Assembly: GCA_963422395.1 (NCBI GenBank)
Contig: OY729431.1
Location: 2,080,001-2,144,000 of the forward strand
Length of the DNA: 64,000 nucleotides
Direction of reading: 5' to 3'
Source of the DNA: Vicinamibacteria bacterium
GTDB taxonomy: Bacteria; Acidobacteriota; Vicinamibacteria; Marinacidobacterales; Marinacidobacteraceae
This document shows positions 17,261-27,017 of this stretch, in pieces (positions within the stretch are counted from its first letter, which is position 1; the number at the start of each line of letters is the position of its first letter). Both the position numbers and the translations under genes were made by a program. The notes under the pieces were generated by a model, which worked only from the letters and a program-made list of their open reading frames with translations, did no database searches and was not told the DNA's origin.

Positions 17261-18893
17261 GTCGAGCCACCGCGCGGACCGCCTCCTCGAGACCCTCTCC
17301 GGTCACCGCCGAGACCGCGAGCGCCTCCGCGCCGGCAAGCCGGGCGGGGAGGGCGCTGCGTCCTCGGGGGCGAAGGCGATCCACCTTGTTCAGGAGCACG
17401 ATCCGCGGGATCGCTCCGAGCTCCAGCTCGTCGAGCAGCGTACTCACTGTTTCGGCGCGCGCCTCGAGGCGGGGATCCGCCGCATCCACCACCTGAAGCA
17501 GCAACGCCGCCGCCGAGATCTCTTCGAGAGTGGCGCGAAACGCCTCGATGAGATCTTCGGGAAGGTCGTGGATGAAGCCCACGGTGTCGGCGAGCAGCAC
17601 TTCCCGCTCGACGGGTACCCGCAGCCGCCGACTGACCGGATCGAGGGTCTCGAACATCCGGCTCCCCGCCGCCACCCGACTCTGCGTCAGCCGGTTGAGC
17701 AGCGTGGACTTCCCGGCGTTGGTGTACCCGACCAGCGAGACCACCGGCAGCCCGCGGGCGCCGCGCCGCTTGCGCCGCACCTCGCGCTTCTGCGCCACCC
17801 CCACGAGATCTCGCTGCAGTCGGCCGATCCGCGCGCGGGTCCGCCGCCGGTCCACCTCGAGGCGTGTCTCGCCGGGTCCCCGGCCCCCGATTCCGCCACC
17901 GAGCCGGGAAAGCGATGTGTCGCGCTGTACGAGCCGCGGCAGTCGGTAGCGCAGCTGCGCGAGCTCTACCTGCAGCTTGCCCTCGCGGCTCTGGGCCCGG
18001 CGGGCGAACACATCCAGGATCAGCTGGGTGCGGTCGAGTACCTTGAGGTCGGTCGCCTGGGAGATGTTCCGCGTCTGCGAGGGGCTCAGGTCGCAGGAGA
18101 AGAGGATCAGATCGGCCCCGCGATCGAGGGCGCGGATGACGAGTGCCTCCAGTTTCCCCCGTCCGAGAAGGGTTCGCGGATCGAGCCGGGGACGCCGCTG
18201 GACCACGCTGTCCACCACCACGAGCCCGGCGTCCCGCGCCAACTCTCCCAGTTCGCCGAGGGCATCGTCGAGAGGCGCCTCGCGTTCCCCGACTCCGACC
18301 AGAATGGCCCGTCCCGAGAACCGGCGGCTGGGATGCTCCGGGGCGGCCCGCGCGAAGTCGCGTTCGAGATCGGCGACCAATGCCGCGCAGTCGAGTTCGA
18401 ACCGGCCCGGGGGCGCCGGCTCGAGCAGCTCCCAGGGCGGTTCGTCCGGAGGCCGCTCGACGCCGGGGCGGACCGGGGGCCGGAGATGGGCGGCATGGAC
18501 CAGTCCCGGCAGTCCATCCGCCCCGACGGTGAGCGCCGCCATCAGATCCAGGCGCAGGATCACGAGGTCTGCGAGGTCGTCCCGGGTGAGCGGCTCGTCG
18601 GCGAGGTGGGTGTGCAAGACGCGCAGGCCGCGCAGCCGTTCCCCGGCGATCCGCTGCCGCCGCAGATCGGGAAGCTCGATGCGGTGCGCATCGCCGACCC
18701 CTACCCAGGTGACCGCCCCGCGGCGGTCCACGAGAACCCCCACCTGACGGCGGATGCTCCGGGAGACTCCCGCCAGCCGGCGGGCGAAGTCCTGGGTGAG
18801 CAGCGCCGCCGCCGGCAACCGCCGCTCGGTCAGCCGTTCGAGCGCGCGCCGGTCGCGGGTTTGCAACCCCGCGGTATTCCCCGCGACCCGCAA
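17187..18893 (-). CDS. hflX: GTPase HflX, long form
   Basis: LDRTQLILDVF, EGKLQVELAQL, GGRGPGET, GYTNAGKSTL, DTVGF and NKVD motifs. Confidence 0.95.
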   Translation of the reverse strand: MRVAGNTAGLQTRDRRALERLTERRLPAAALLTQDFARRLAGVSRSIRRQVGVLVDRRGAVTWVGVGDAHRIELPDLRRQRIAGERLRGLRVLHTHLADEPLTRDDLADLVILRLDLMAALTVGADGLPGLVHAAHLRPPVRPGVERPPDEPPWELLEPAPPGRFELDCAALVADLERDFARAAPEHPSRRFSGRAILVGVGEREAPLDDALGELGELARDAGLVVVDSVVQRRPRLDPRTLLGRGKLEALVIRALDRGADLILFSCDLSPSQTRNISQATDLKVLDRTQLILDVFARRAQSREGKLQVELAQLRYRLPRLVQRDTSLSRLGGGIGGRGPGETRLEVDRRRTRARIGRLQRDLVGVAQKREVRRKRRGARGLPVVSLVGYTNAGKSTLLNRLTQSRVAAGSRMFETLDPVSRRLRVPVEREVLLADTVGFIHDLPEDLIEAFRATLEEISAAALLLQVVDAADPRLEARAETVSTLLDELELGAIPRIVLLNKVDRLRPRGRSALPARLAGAEALAVSAVTGEGLEEAVRAVARLIPMRPKGLLPMAPFPPQDLRLRP

Positions 18894-18917
18894 GAAGGGG
18901 GGATCCCCGGGTCCGCG

Positions 18918-20180
18918 TTACCGCGGCGGCGCGCCCCGGGAACGGCTGTCCGCAGCGCTGCCTCGGGGAGGTTGCCCACCCCGTTCCCGTTTCGCGTCGC
19001 GCAGCAGATCCAGTTTGGCACGCGCCGAGATGTAGTTCGGATCGATCTGAATGGCCCGCTCGTACTCTTCCATCGCCTCGTCCTCGTCCCCCATCTTCAT
19101 GAGCGTCTCGCCGAGGAAGAACCGCGCGTCGGCCATCCGCCGATTCTTCGAGAGTGCCTTCCGGAAATATTCGGCTGCCTTCCCGTACTGTCCCTCGTGG
19201 TAGTGGACTACCCCGAGGTGATAGGGCACATAGGCGTTCGAGTCATCGTTGCGCGCCGCCTGCTGGAACTCGAGGATCGCCTCCTCGATGTCCCCGAGGG
19301 TGTAGTAGGCGCTCGCCAGATTGGCGCGAGCCTCGGTGAAGTCCGGCTCGATGTCCAGCGCCAGCTGGTACTGCTCGATCGCCTCGTCCACGCGCCCGCG
19401 CCGTTTGAAGGCCACCCCGAGGTTGTTGCGGGCCCGGTTGAAGTTCGGTCGGATCGAAAGCGCGAGCTCGTACATCTCGATCTCCCGCGCCAGCGGATCG
19501 AATCCCCCCTGGTCGGCGAGCGCTTCGGCGAAATAGCCGTACAGGAAACCCTGGTTGTTGTAGAAGTTCGAGATCGCCTCGAAATCGTCGATGATCCTCT
19601 CCCCGGCGTATTCGCGTTCCGGATTCGCGGTGAAGTCCACGACGATCAGGTCGGGGCCGTCCTTGACGCCGCCGGTGATGTGGCCGCTGTTGACGATCAC
19701 CTCGGCTTCCTTGGTCACCTTCTCGATCGTCGTCACATCGACATAGACCGCTTCCACGCCCACCGCGCGCAACATGCCCACGAAGAGATTCGTGTAGGCG
19801 AGGCAGTTGCCCCGCCCCTCGCGGAAGACGCTCCTCGCGGTCTTGTTGGACAGCCAGTCGTAGGAGATGGAGCCCCCGGTGTGCTGCCGGATGGCGCGGA
19901 CGACGGCGCGCATCTTCTCCTTGTCGGTACGCAGATTCTCGGTGACCCGGAACGCGAGTTCGCGAATCTCGTCGTCTATCTCGAACGGGATCTCGACCCG
20001 GGCGAGCATTTCCGGGGTGATCCGGTGATTCAGGTCGGCGCGGATCTCTTCGACCGTCCAAGCCCGTTTGGGCACGGTGCCGCATCCGGCGAGCCCGACC
20101 GCAGCCGCCGGCAGGCACACGGCGATGAGCGGGAAAACCGAGCGGAAGCTACGGAGGCTGCCGAGTTTCGAGGAAATCAC
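18918..20180 (-). CDS. Lipoprotein with transglutaminase-like domain and TPR repeats
   Basis: GTG at 20180 lies 8 nt after TATACT. LAGC lipobox, GNCLAY catalytic Cys motif with downstream GH and VDF, about 5 TPRs. The upstream part of the listed 946-aa ORF is antisense shadow. Confidence 0.8.
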   Translation of the reverse strand: MISSKLGSLRSFRSVFPLIAVCLPAAAVGLAGCGTVPKRAWTVEEIRADLNHRITPEMLARVEIPFEIDDEIRELAFRVTENLRTDKEKMRAVVRAIRQHTGGSISYDWLSNKTARSVFREGRGNCLAYTNLFVGMLRAVGVEAVYVDVTTIEKVTKEAEVIVNSGHITGGVKDGPDLIVVDFTANPEREYAGERIIDDFEAISNFYNNQGFLYGYFAEALADQGGFDPLAREIEMYELALSIRPNFNRARNNLGVAFKRRGRVDEAIEQYQLALDIEPDFTEARANLASAYYTLGDIEEAILEFQQAARNDDSNAYVPYHLGVVHYHEGQYGKAAEYFRKALSKNRRMADARFFLGETLMKMGDEDEAMEEYERAIQIDPNYISARAKLDLLRDAKRERGGQPPRGSAADSRSRGAPPR

Positions 20181-20339
20181 CGGAGCCGAGTATAGCCCGG
20201 CAACCGGTACGGTCCGTTCAGTTGCGGGGGGTCCCGGCCGAGCATATTCTTCGGGCCTGTTTTTCCGGCTGAGCTCGTGGCCGACGGGACCTCCCGGCGG
20301 TGGTTCCACTCCGTAAGCCGGTCCGGAACAGGAGGCCCC

Positions 20340-21965
20340 ATGCCCGACCCACCGCGAACCCTCGCCCTCTTTTCCTCGCTGCCGCAGATGGTTCTTGCCG
20401 CGCTGCTCCTGACCGCGCTCACGGTTCCGGCGCTCGCGCAAGACGATCTGAGCCGTGGCGACCGGCGCTGGCTGGAGGAAGTCGAGCCGATCATGACGGC
20501 GCAGGAGCGCCAGGCGTTCGAGCAGCTTCCGAAGGGCGAGCGCAATCGGTTCAAGGAACATTTCTGGTCGCGGCGCAGCCAGAACCCCCACGATCCGGAT
20601 CGTGCCGAAGACGCCTTCGATGCCTGGCGCAAACAGGCGGACGACCAGTTCGGGCAGCGGGGACAGAAAGGTTCGCGCTCGGACATGGCGCTCGTGATGT
20701 TGCTCTTCGGACCGCCCGACAACCGCGAACAGGTCGGGGGACGGGGTGCCGGCCCGGGCGGCGGAAGGCCGCCGGCGGGCGCGACCGGAAACAATCCGAT
20801 CGGTGAGGGCGGCGGCAGCCCGGGCGCCGGCGGAGGCGGAGGCGGCTCGGGCGGCGGCATGGGGATGGGCGGCCCGAGCGGCGGCATGAAGTTCCTCTAT
20901 GTCCCGAATCCCGACCGCGGTCTTCCCGACGGGCTGACCCTCGAGATGCGCAACACGAACCTCGGGATGCGGCTCGTTCGGAACGACGAGATCGAAGCGG
21001 CGATCGAGCGGGCGCGCCAGCGCCAGATCGTGTGGCCGAGCCAGATCAACTTCAGCCTGAACGCCGAAGGCGAGCTGCCCGATGTGGAGGACCTGTTCGG
21101 ATCCGAAACGAGAGCCCTGCTGGACCCGAACAGCCCCGGCAAGACGATCCTGAACGCGCTTCGGGACGGGGGAGAGACCAGCGAGGCGATCGGGATGTCC
21201 CCCAGTTTCTCGTTCTTCCGCTCGAACGCCGGCGACACCTATGTCGCCGCGGTCTTCGAGCTGGACGCCGAGGCCCTCACCTGGGACGACGGCACCGCTT
21301 CGCTGCAGGTCTTCTACAATGTGGTGGACGCGCTCGGGACCGTGATCGGCTACGACGAGCGCACCGTCGAAGTCGCCAGAGCTGCTGCGGGCGCGCCGGT
21401 CGTGCTCGAAATGCCGATGCAGATGGCGCCCGGCTCCTATTCGATCTTTGCGGGGGTCCTCGACCCGGTAACCGGGGAGCACGGCTCGATCGCGTGGGAG
21501 CTCGACAGCCCCGATTTCTCGAGCGGCGAGTTCATGCTGTCCTCCTTGGCGCTCTTCTCGGACGGCTCGCGGGCCGAGGATTTCACTCCGGCCCCGGGGC
21601 GCGCGCTCCTCGTCGGCGGATTCCATTTCACCCCCCGGATATCCCGCACCTATGGACCGGACAGCGATCTGCGGCTGGTGTTCAACGCCTACGGATACGA
21701 CACCAGCTCCGAGCCGAACCTGAGCTGGCAGATCACCTTCTTCAAGGACGGCGAGCAATACTTGCGCTACAACCCGACGCCGTTCAACCTCGCATCGACC
21801 GATTTGGCGATCGCCATCGTGGATGTCCCTCTCGCGCGGCTTTTCTCCGACGGCCGCCGAGAAAGTTTCGAACCCGGCGAATACACCGCCGAGATCACGG
21901 TGCAGGATGAGGTGGGCAAGCAGGCGTTGACCGAGGTCGTCGAATTCCAGGTCGCGGGCTCCTGA
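20340..21965 (+). CDS. GWxTD-domain-like exported protein
   Basis: GGAGG RBS, signal peptide, WLEEVEPIMT..ER..F, FW.RR, then GSRSDM..V...GPPD (variant of GWxTDRG..Y...GPPD), followed by a Gly-rich insert. Confidence 0.75.
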   Translation: MPDPPRTLALFSSLPQMVLAALLLTALTVPALAQDDLSRGDRRWLEEVEPIMTAQERQAFEQLPKGERNRFKEHFWSRRSQNPHDPDRAEDAFDAWRKQADDQFGQRGQKGSRSDMALVMLLFGPPDNREQVGGRGAGPGGGRPPAGATGNNPIGEGGGSPGAGGGGGGSGGGMGMGGPSGGMKFLYVPNPDRGLPDGLTLEMRNTNLGMRLVRNDEIEAAIERARQRQIVWPSQINFSLNAEGELPDVEDLFGSETRALLDPNSPGKTILNALRDGGETSEAIGMSPSFSFFRSNAGDTYVAAVFELDAEALTWDDGTASLQVFYNVVDALGTVIGYDERTVEVARAAAGAPVVLEMPMQMAPGSYSIFAGVLDPVTGEHGSIAWELDSPDFSSGEFMLSSLALFSDGSRAEDFTPAPGRALLVGGFHFTPRISRTYGPDSDLRLVFNAYGYDTSSEPNLSWQITFFKDGEQYLRYNPTPFNLASTDLAIAIVDVPLARLFSDGRRESFEPGEYTAEITVQDEVGKQALTEVVEFQVAGS

Positions 21966-21997
21966 GTCGCGGGCTCCTGATCCTGCACCGCAGACGG

Positions 21998-22134
21998 GAA
22001 ACGCTTCGCTCTTCGTTGCGAATCAGTCGGAATACGCCCGGTATGCCTCCCGATTCGCGCCTTGTCCGCCAGGCGCCGCCCCCACCGGGAGAACTGGCCC
22101 GTCTCGGTGCTCGCGCCACTTCATCCACGGACTG
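21998..22134 (-). mobile_element. MITE family A, partial copy
   Basis: Reverse complement matches the left end and hairpin of the 54317 element. Followed by CTAC. Confidence 0.8.
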
Positions 22135-22299
22135 CTACCTGCGGTCCTCGCGGGTTCCGGGGCGCTCTTCGTCATCAGCAGCTGCGGCAGGGCCGATCGG
22201 CAGCACGCCCTGCTGTCGGGCGCCGGCAACCTGGCCACGACCCGGGCGGCCGTCGCTCCGGCGGCTCCGGCGGCCGGGGAAGCCGGCGTCCAGGACTCG

Positions 22300-23388
22300 G
22301 TGTACGAGGCGCTCGAAGTGTTCGGAGGCGCCCTGAAGCTGATCCGCGATCAGTATCTCCAGCCGGTCGAAGCCGAAGCGCTCATGGACGGAGCAGTGCG
22401 CGGCATCTTCGATGCGCTCGACCCGGACAGCGCCTACTTGAGCGCCAGTGAGGCCGCCCGCTACCGGAGCCGCACCGAGGCCGAGGGAACGATCGGAATC
22501 GGTCTCCAGAAGCGCTACTACCTCCATGTGGACGATGTCCTGCCGGGATCACCCGCCGCCAGTGCGGGAATCGAACGGGGGGACGCCATCACCACGATCG
22601 CCGGGCGGAACACCCGCGGCCTGCGGATCCCGGTGGCTCATCTGCTGCTGGCCGGGCCGCCCGGCTCGACGGTCGAACTCACGGTACGGAAGACCGCCGA
22701 CGATGCCTCGGACGCTCTCGAGATCCAACGGGCGGTGCTCGCGGATCCACCGGTGGAACACCAGACGGCCGGCGACGGCATCGGACTGCTTCGGATTCGC
22801 CGCTTCCACCAGGAGACCCCCGCGCAGCTCGCCGCGGCGGTCCGAGCGCTCGAGGCCAGCGGAGCTTCGGCGCTCGCCATCGACCTCCGCGGCAGCCGCG
22901 GGGACGGCGCCGGCTGCGAGGCGGGAGCGGCCGCCGCCGGAGTCTTCATGGAGGGAGTGATCGCCCGGCGCATCGGGCGCGACGAGACGGGCGAGGAAAC
23001 CTCGGTGCCGCTCGAGGCCTCGGCGGCCGAAACGATCTTCACCGGTCCCCTCGCCGTCATCGTGAACACGAGCACGGTGTGCCCGGGGGAGGTGCTGGCC
23101 GCCGCGCTCGCGGCGCGCGAGGCAGCGGATGTGGTCGGATCCCGGACTGCAGGGCGCACCGGACTCACGGAACTGATCGAGCTGCCGGAAGGAGATGCCG
23201 TGCTTCTCTCCACCGCGCACATTCGGGGCGTTTCCGGCGAGGACATCCTGGGAGTCGGAGTGCGGCCCACCCTGAACGCCGAGGACCTCGGCATCGAACC
23301 CGGAGACCTGGAAGAGGAAGACTCCCCGCTGGACCTGGCGATTCGGGCCCTGCAACATCGCCGGAGGGCGGCGGAAGACCCCGCCTGA
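22300..23388 (+). CDS. S41/CtpA-like PDZ protease homolog (degenerate active site)
   Basis: LDPDSAYL, GIG, VLPGSPAA..GI..GD.I PDZ, IGLLRI..F, IDLRG and GVRP motifs. The frame stays open upstream through a lipoprotein-like signal near 22130-22185, so the real start is probably earlier. Confidence 0.8.
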   Translation: MYEALEVFGGALKLIRDQYLQPVEAEALMDGAVRGIFDALDPDSAYLSASEAARYRSRTEAEGTIGIGLQKRYYLHVDDVLPGSPAASAGIERGDAITTIAGRNTRGLRIPVAHLLLAGPPGSTVELTVRKTADDASDALEIQRAVLADPPVEHQTAGDGIGLLRIRRFHQETPAQLAAAVRALEASGASALAIDLRGSRGDGAGCEAGAAAAGVFMEGVIARRIGRDETGEETSVPLEASAAETIFTGPLAVIVNTSTVCPGEVLAAALAAREAADVVGSRTAGRTGLTELIELPEGDAVLLSTAHIRGVSGEDILGVGVRPTLNAEDLGIEPGDLEEEDSPLDLAIRALQHRRRAAEDPA

Positions 23389-23457
23389 GCCCGCAGGGCT
23401 CCCCGCTCGGGAAGCTGTGCCGGCCGTGATCCGAGCTTCCAGACCGGCAGACATGCG

Positions 23458-24498
23458 GTGATCAGCAGGCGCCTTCTCCTTCTCGGCATCGTGGCGAGTC
23501 TCGCCGCAACGGCCCTCGGGTTCGGCGCCCGACAGCGGCTTCGCGCCCGGGAACTGAAGGCGGCGCTCTCCTTTCCGTTCGCGGCGTATCGCGGCGAAAT
23601 TCTGCTCCGGGTGGAACGCGGCTCGAACGCGAGGTCCATCGCGGACCGGCTGCAGGCTGCGGGGGTGATCGCCGATCGGGAGACCTTCCGCCGCGGAGCC
23701 GCGGCGCAGAACCTCGGCACGCGGCTCCAGGCAGGGCTCTATCGCTTCGATCTCCCGCTGACTCCGCAGGAGGTCCTGGACCGAATCGCGGCGGGCGAGG
23801 TAGCGACCCGGACGGTGACGCTCCCCGAAGGGCTGGACCTGAGGGATACCGCCCGCAGCCTCGCGGACCAGGGAGCGGGCAGCGCAGCGGAATTGCGGGC
23901 GGTGTTTTCGGACCCGCGCGTGACCGAACGGCTGATCGGAAGCCTCGATCCGCAAGCCGAAACCCTCGAGGGATACCTCTTTCCGAACACCTACCAGCTG
24001 CCTCCCGACGCGCTTCCCGAACGGGTGGCCGCCGTGCTGGTCGGCGCGTTCCGGACCCTGTGGAGCGAGGAGCGGCGAGCCCGGGCGGAAGCGTTCGAGA
24101 GGTCCCTCCGCGAGATCGCAACCCTCGCTTCCATCGTCGAAAAGGAAACCGGCGCTGCCAGCGAACGCGCGAGGATCGCTTCGGTTTTCTGGAACCGGTT
24201 GCGTCTCGGCATGCCCCTCCAGTCCGACCCCACCGTGCTATTCGCCATGCGCCAGGCCGGCGACTATGGGAACGACATCCGCAAGCGCGATCTCGACATC
24301 GCCTCCCCCTACAACACCTATCAGGCCGCAGGGATTCCTCCCGGCCCCATCGCGTCGTTCGGCACCGCTTCCCTCGACGCCGTACTCTCTCCCGAGAGGA
24401 CCGATTTCCTCTATTTCGTGTCCCGCAACGACGGCACCCACGAGTTCAACCGCACCCTCCGCGAACACAACCGCGCAGTGCAGCAGTGGCAGAGATAG
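23458..24498 (+). CDS. mltG: Endolytic transglycosylase MltG
   Basis: TLPEG, LEGYLFPNTY, LASIVEKET, LQSDPTV, SPYNTY, GIPPGPI and LYFVS motifs. Confidence 0.95.
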   Translation: MISRRLLLLGIVASLAATALGFGARQRLRARELKAALSFPFAAYRGEILLRVERGSNARSIADRLQAAGVIADRETFRRGAAAQNLGTRLQAGLYRFDLPLTPQEVLDRIAAGEVATRTVTLPEGLDLRDTARSLADQGAGSAAELRAVFSDPRVTERLIGSLDPQAETLEGYLFPNTYQLPPDALPERVAAVLVGAFRTLWSEERRARAEAFERSLREIATLASIVEKETGAASERARIASVFWNRLRLGMPLQSDPTVLFAMRQAGDYGNDIRKRDLDIASPYNTYQAAGIPPGPIASFGTASLDAVLSPERTDFLYFVSRNDGTHEFNRTLREHNRAVQQWQR

Positions 24499-24505
24499 GG
24501 GTCGA

Positions 24506-24768
24506 GCGGTTCGGGGGCGGGGCGTCAGGATGGCGTCGGGCGTTCTTGGGGGAGGAGGGAGGATGCCCCGCCCCCGAACCGCCCGGCGCTCCGCGCCGCG
24601 AATCGCACTCCTGCCGCTCAGAACCAGTCCCCCAGACTCGATCCGCGGTCAGACCGGATCAGGCGGCAGCGAGTCCGATTCGAAATCACCATTCTGTGAA
24701 CGGGGGTGAACCCCCTTTCACACTTTCCCCCGCTGCGACGCGCCCGAAGCACCGCTTCGGCCGCAACA
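24506..24768 (-). repeat. Structured repeat family B, single copy
   Basis: Reverse-strand homolog of the 50308-51053 unit and co-oriented homolog of 59171-59457. Contains GTGAACGGGGG/CCCCCTTTCAC and CCGAAGC/GCTTCGG hairpins. Fills the convergent mltG/rnhB gap. Confidence 0.8.
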
Positions 24769-24778
24769 TCCTGCCGTT

Positions 24779-25447
24779 TCAGAACAATGTCGGGGCGCCG
24801 CGGAGTTCGCGGAGGACTTCCCAGTTCCAGCTGCGGCGGGTCTCCGGAGGGAGCTCGCCGGTTCGGGCGTGATAGCGGCGGAGGAAGTCCCCAGTGGCAG
24901 CGTTCGTGTAGCCGCCGCCCTGCATCTCGCCGAAATCCGGGCGGTAGCGGTCGGCGATCTCCGAGAAGAGGGTGTCGCGGCGGTCCTTGGCGACGACGCT
25001 CGCTGCAGCGACCGCCGCATGGCGTGACTCGCCGCCGTCCACCGCCTCGAGGCGGGGCCAGTGCAACCGCAGGAGCTCGAACAGCCGGCGGCCGTCGGCG
25101 ACCACCCGACGGATCGGACCGATTCCCCCGCTGATTTCCTCGATGATTTCGGCAGCGGCGCGGCGTTCGAGGACATTCAGATCTCCAGCCTCGGTATAGC
25201 GGTCCACCTCGGCAGCGGAAAACACCCGGACGGCGATCCGCTCGGCGATCCGTTCGATGGGCTCGGCGAGCGCCCGGCGGCGGGTCCGAGCCCGCGCCCC
25301 GGCGCCGAAACCCTTCGAGTCGCGGACTCCCAGCCGGGTGAGGGCGCCGGCCTTCCGGAAGTCGAGCGCTACCCCCGCCACCACCAGCGGCCCGAGCACT
25401 GCTCCCCGCCCAGCCTCGTCGATACCGAGGACGATGCGTGAATCCAC
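24779..25447 (-). CDS. rnhB: Ribonuclease HII
   Basis: GIDEAGRGAVLGPLV, VRDSK, ADG, VAAASVVAK..RD and GGY motifs. GTG start inferred. Confidence 0.9.
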   Translation of the reverse strand: MDSRIVLGIDEAGRGAVLGPLVVAGVALDFRKAGALTRLGVRDSKGFGAGARARTRRRALAEPIERIAERIAVRVFSAAEVDRYTEAGDLNVLERRAAAEIIEEISGGIGPIRRVVADGRRLFELLRLHWPRLEAVDGGESRHAAVAAASVVAKDRRDTLFSEIADRYRPDFGEMQGGGYTNAATGDFLRRYHARTGELPPETRRSWNWEVLRELRGAPTLF

Positions 25448-27017
25448 TCGCTCTCCCTCCCGCTCATCCGGCAGCAGATCGCCGAGTCCCATCCAGGAGT
25501 GCACCGCCGGCGAAGCGGCCCCCAGGAGGGGGCCGGGAATAGAGTTCCCGACCATCTTGCGAGAGCAGCGTGGCGAGGGCCGCTACAACCTGGTGGTCCT
25601 CGGGGCGGGAACCGCAGGGCTGGTGACGGCGGCCGGCACCGCAGGACTCGGAGGCCGGGTCGCGCTCGTGGAAGCCGCCAGGATGGGGGGAGATTGTCTC
25701 AACTTCGGCTGCGTGCCTTCCAAGGCGCTCGTCGCCGCCTCGAAGCGGATCCAGGCGATCCGCAACGCCGAAGCGTACGGACTCGACGCCATGGAACCCC
25801 GCTTCCGGTTCGAGCGCGTCTTCGAACACCTGCGGGAGCGCCGCGCCCGGATCGCCCCGAACGACTCGGTGCAGCGCTTCACCGGGCTCGGAGTGGATGT
25901 CTTCGAGGCCCGCGCCCGCTTCCTCAGCCGACGCGAGGTGGAACTCGACGACGGGACCCGGCTCGCCGGCGCCCACTTCGTGATCGCCACCGGCGCGATG
26001 CCCGAGATCCCGACCATCCCGGGTCTGGACGAGATCCCGTTTCTGACGAACGAGACTTTCTTCGACACCCAGGAGGCCGCCCCGGAGTCGCTGCTGGTGC
26101 TCGGCGGCGGCCCCGTCGGCTGCGAACTCGGCCAGGTGATGCGGCGGCTCGGGGTTCGGGTCACCCTCCTCACCGATCAGGATCGATTGCTGCCGCGCGA
26201 TGATTCGGACGCCTCCCGGGTGCTCCACGAGGTGTTCGCCGAGGAGGGCATCGAGATCGTTACCGAAAGCCGCGTCCGGCGTTTCGCCGAAGTGCCCGGT
26301 GCGGGGATCCGGGCGGAGATCGAGACCCCCCACGGGACGCGCTCTCTCGAAGCGTCGCGGTTGCTCGTCGCCGCCGGACGTTCGCCGAATGTGGAGGACC
26401 TCGGCCTCGACGCTGCAGGGGTCCGATACGACATCCGGAAAGGCGTCCCGGTGGACGCCGCGCTCCGCACGAATATCCGGCACATCTACGCCTGCGGCGA
26501 TGTGGCCAGCCCCTTCCGGTTCACCCACACCGCCGACTACCAGGCCCGCCTGGTGGTGCGGAACATCCTCGTCCCCGCTCCCCTGCCGCGGGCGAGAGCC
26601 GACTACCGCCATGTTCCCTGGGTCACCTTCGTGGATCCGGAGATCGCCCACTTCGGACTCCGCGAGGAGGACGCCCGCGCGCAGGGCATCGCGGTGGATG
26701 TCCACCGGCACGAGAACGACGACCTCGACCGGGCGGTCACCGAGTCCGCCACCCGCGGCTTCGTGAAGGTCGTCACCCGGAAGCGCGGGGACGAAATCCT
26801 GGGCGCCACCGTCTGCGGCCCACGCGCCGGCGAGATCCTCCACGAGATCCTGGTGGCGGCGAAGCACGGCGTCGGCCTCGCCGCCCTCGCCTCGACCATC
26901 CACGCCTATCCCACCTGGTCCCAAGCGGTGCAGCGAGTGGCCGATTCCTACCAGCGAACCCGCCTCACTCCCCGCGTGCGGGCGCTCTTCGAACGGCTCT
27001 ATCGAAGGCGGCGATGA
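25435..27017 (+). CDS. FAD-dependent pyridine nucleotide-disulfide oxidoreductase (MerA/LpdA-like)
   Basis: GAGTAG, GGDCLNFGCVPSK, GGGPVGCE, IYACGDV and IHAYPT motifs. No C-terminal Cys-Cys. Start uncertain. Confidence 0.88.

Noticed and set aside
25435-27017. True mercuric reductase merA
   Set aside because: No C-terminal Cys-Cys pair, no metal-binding N-domain and no mer operon.
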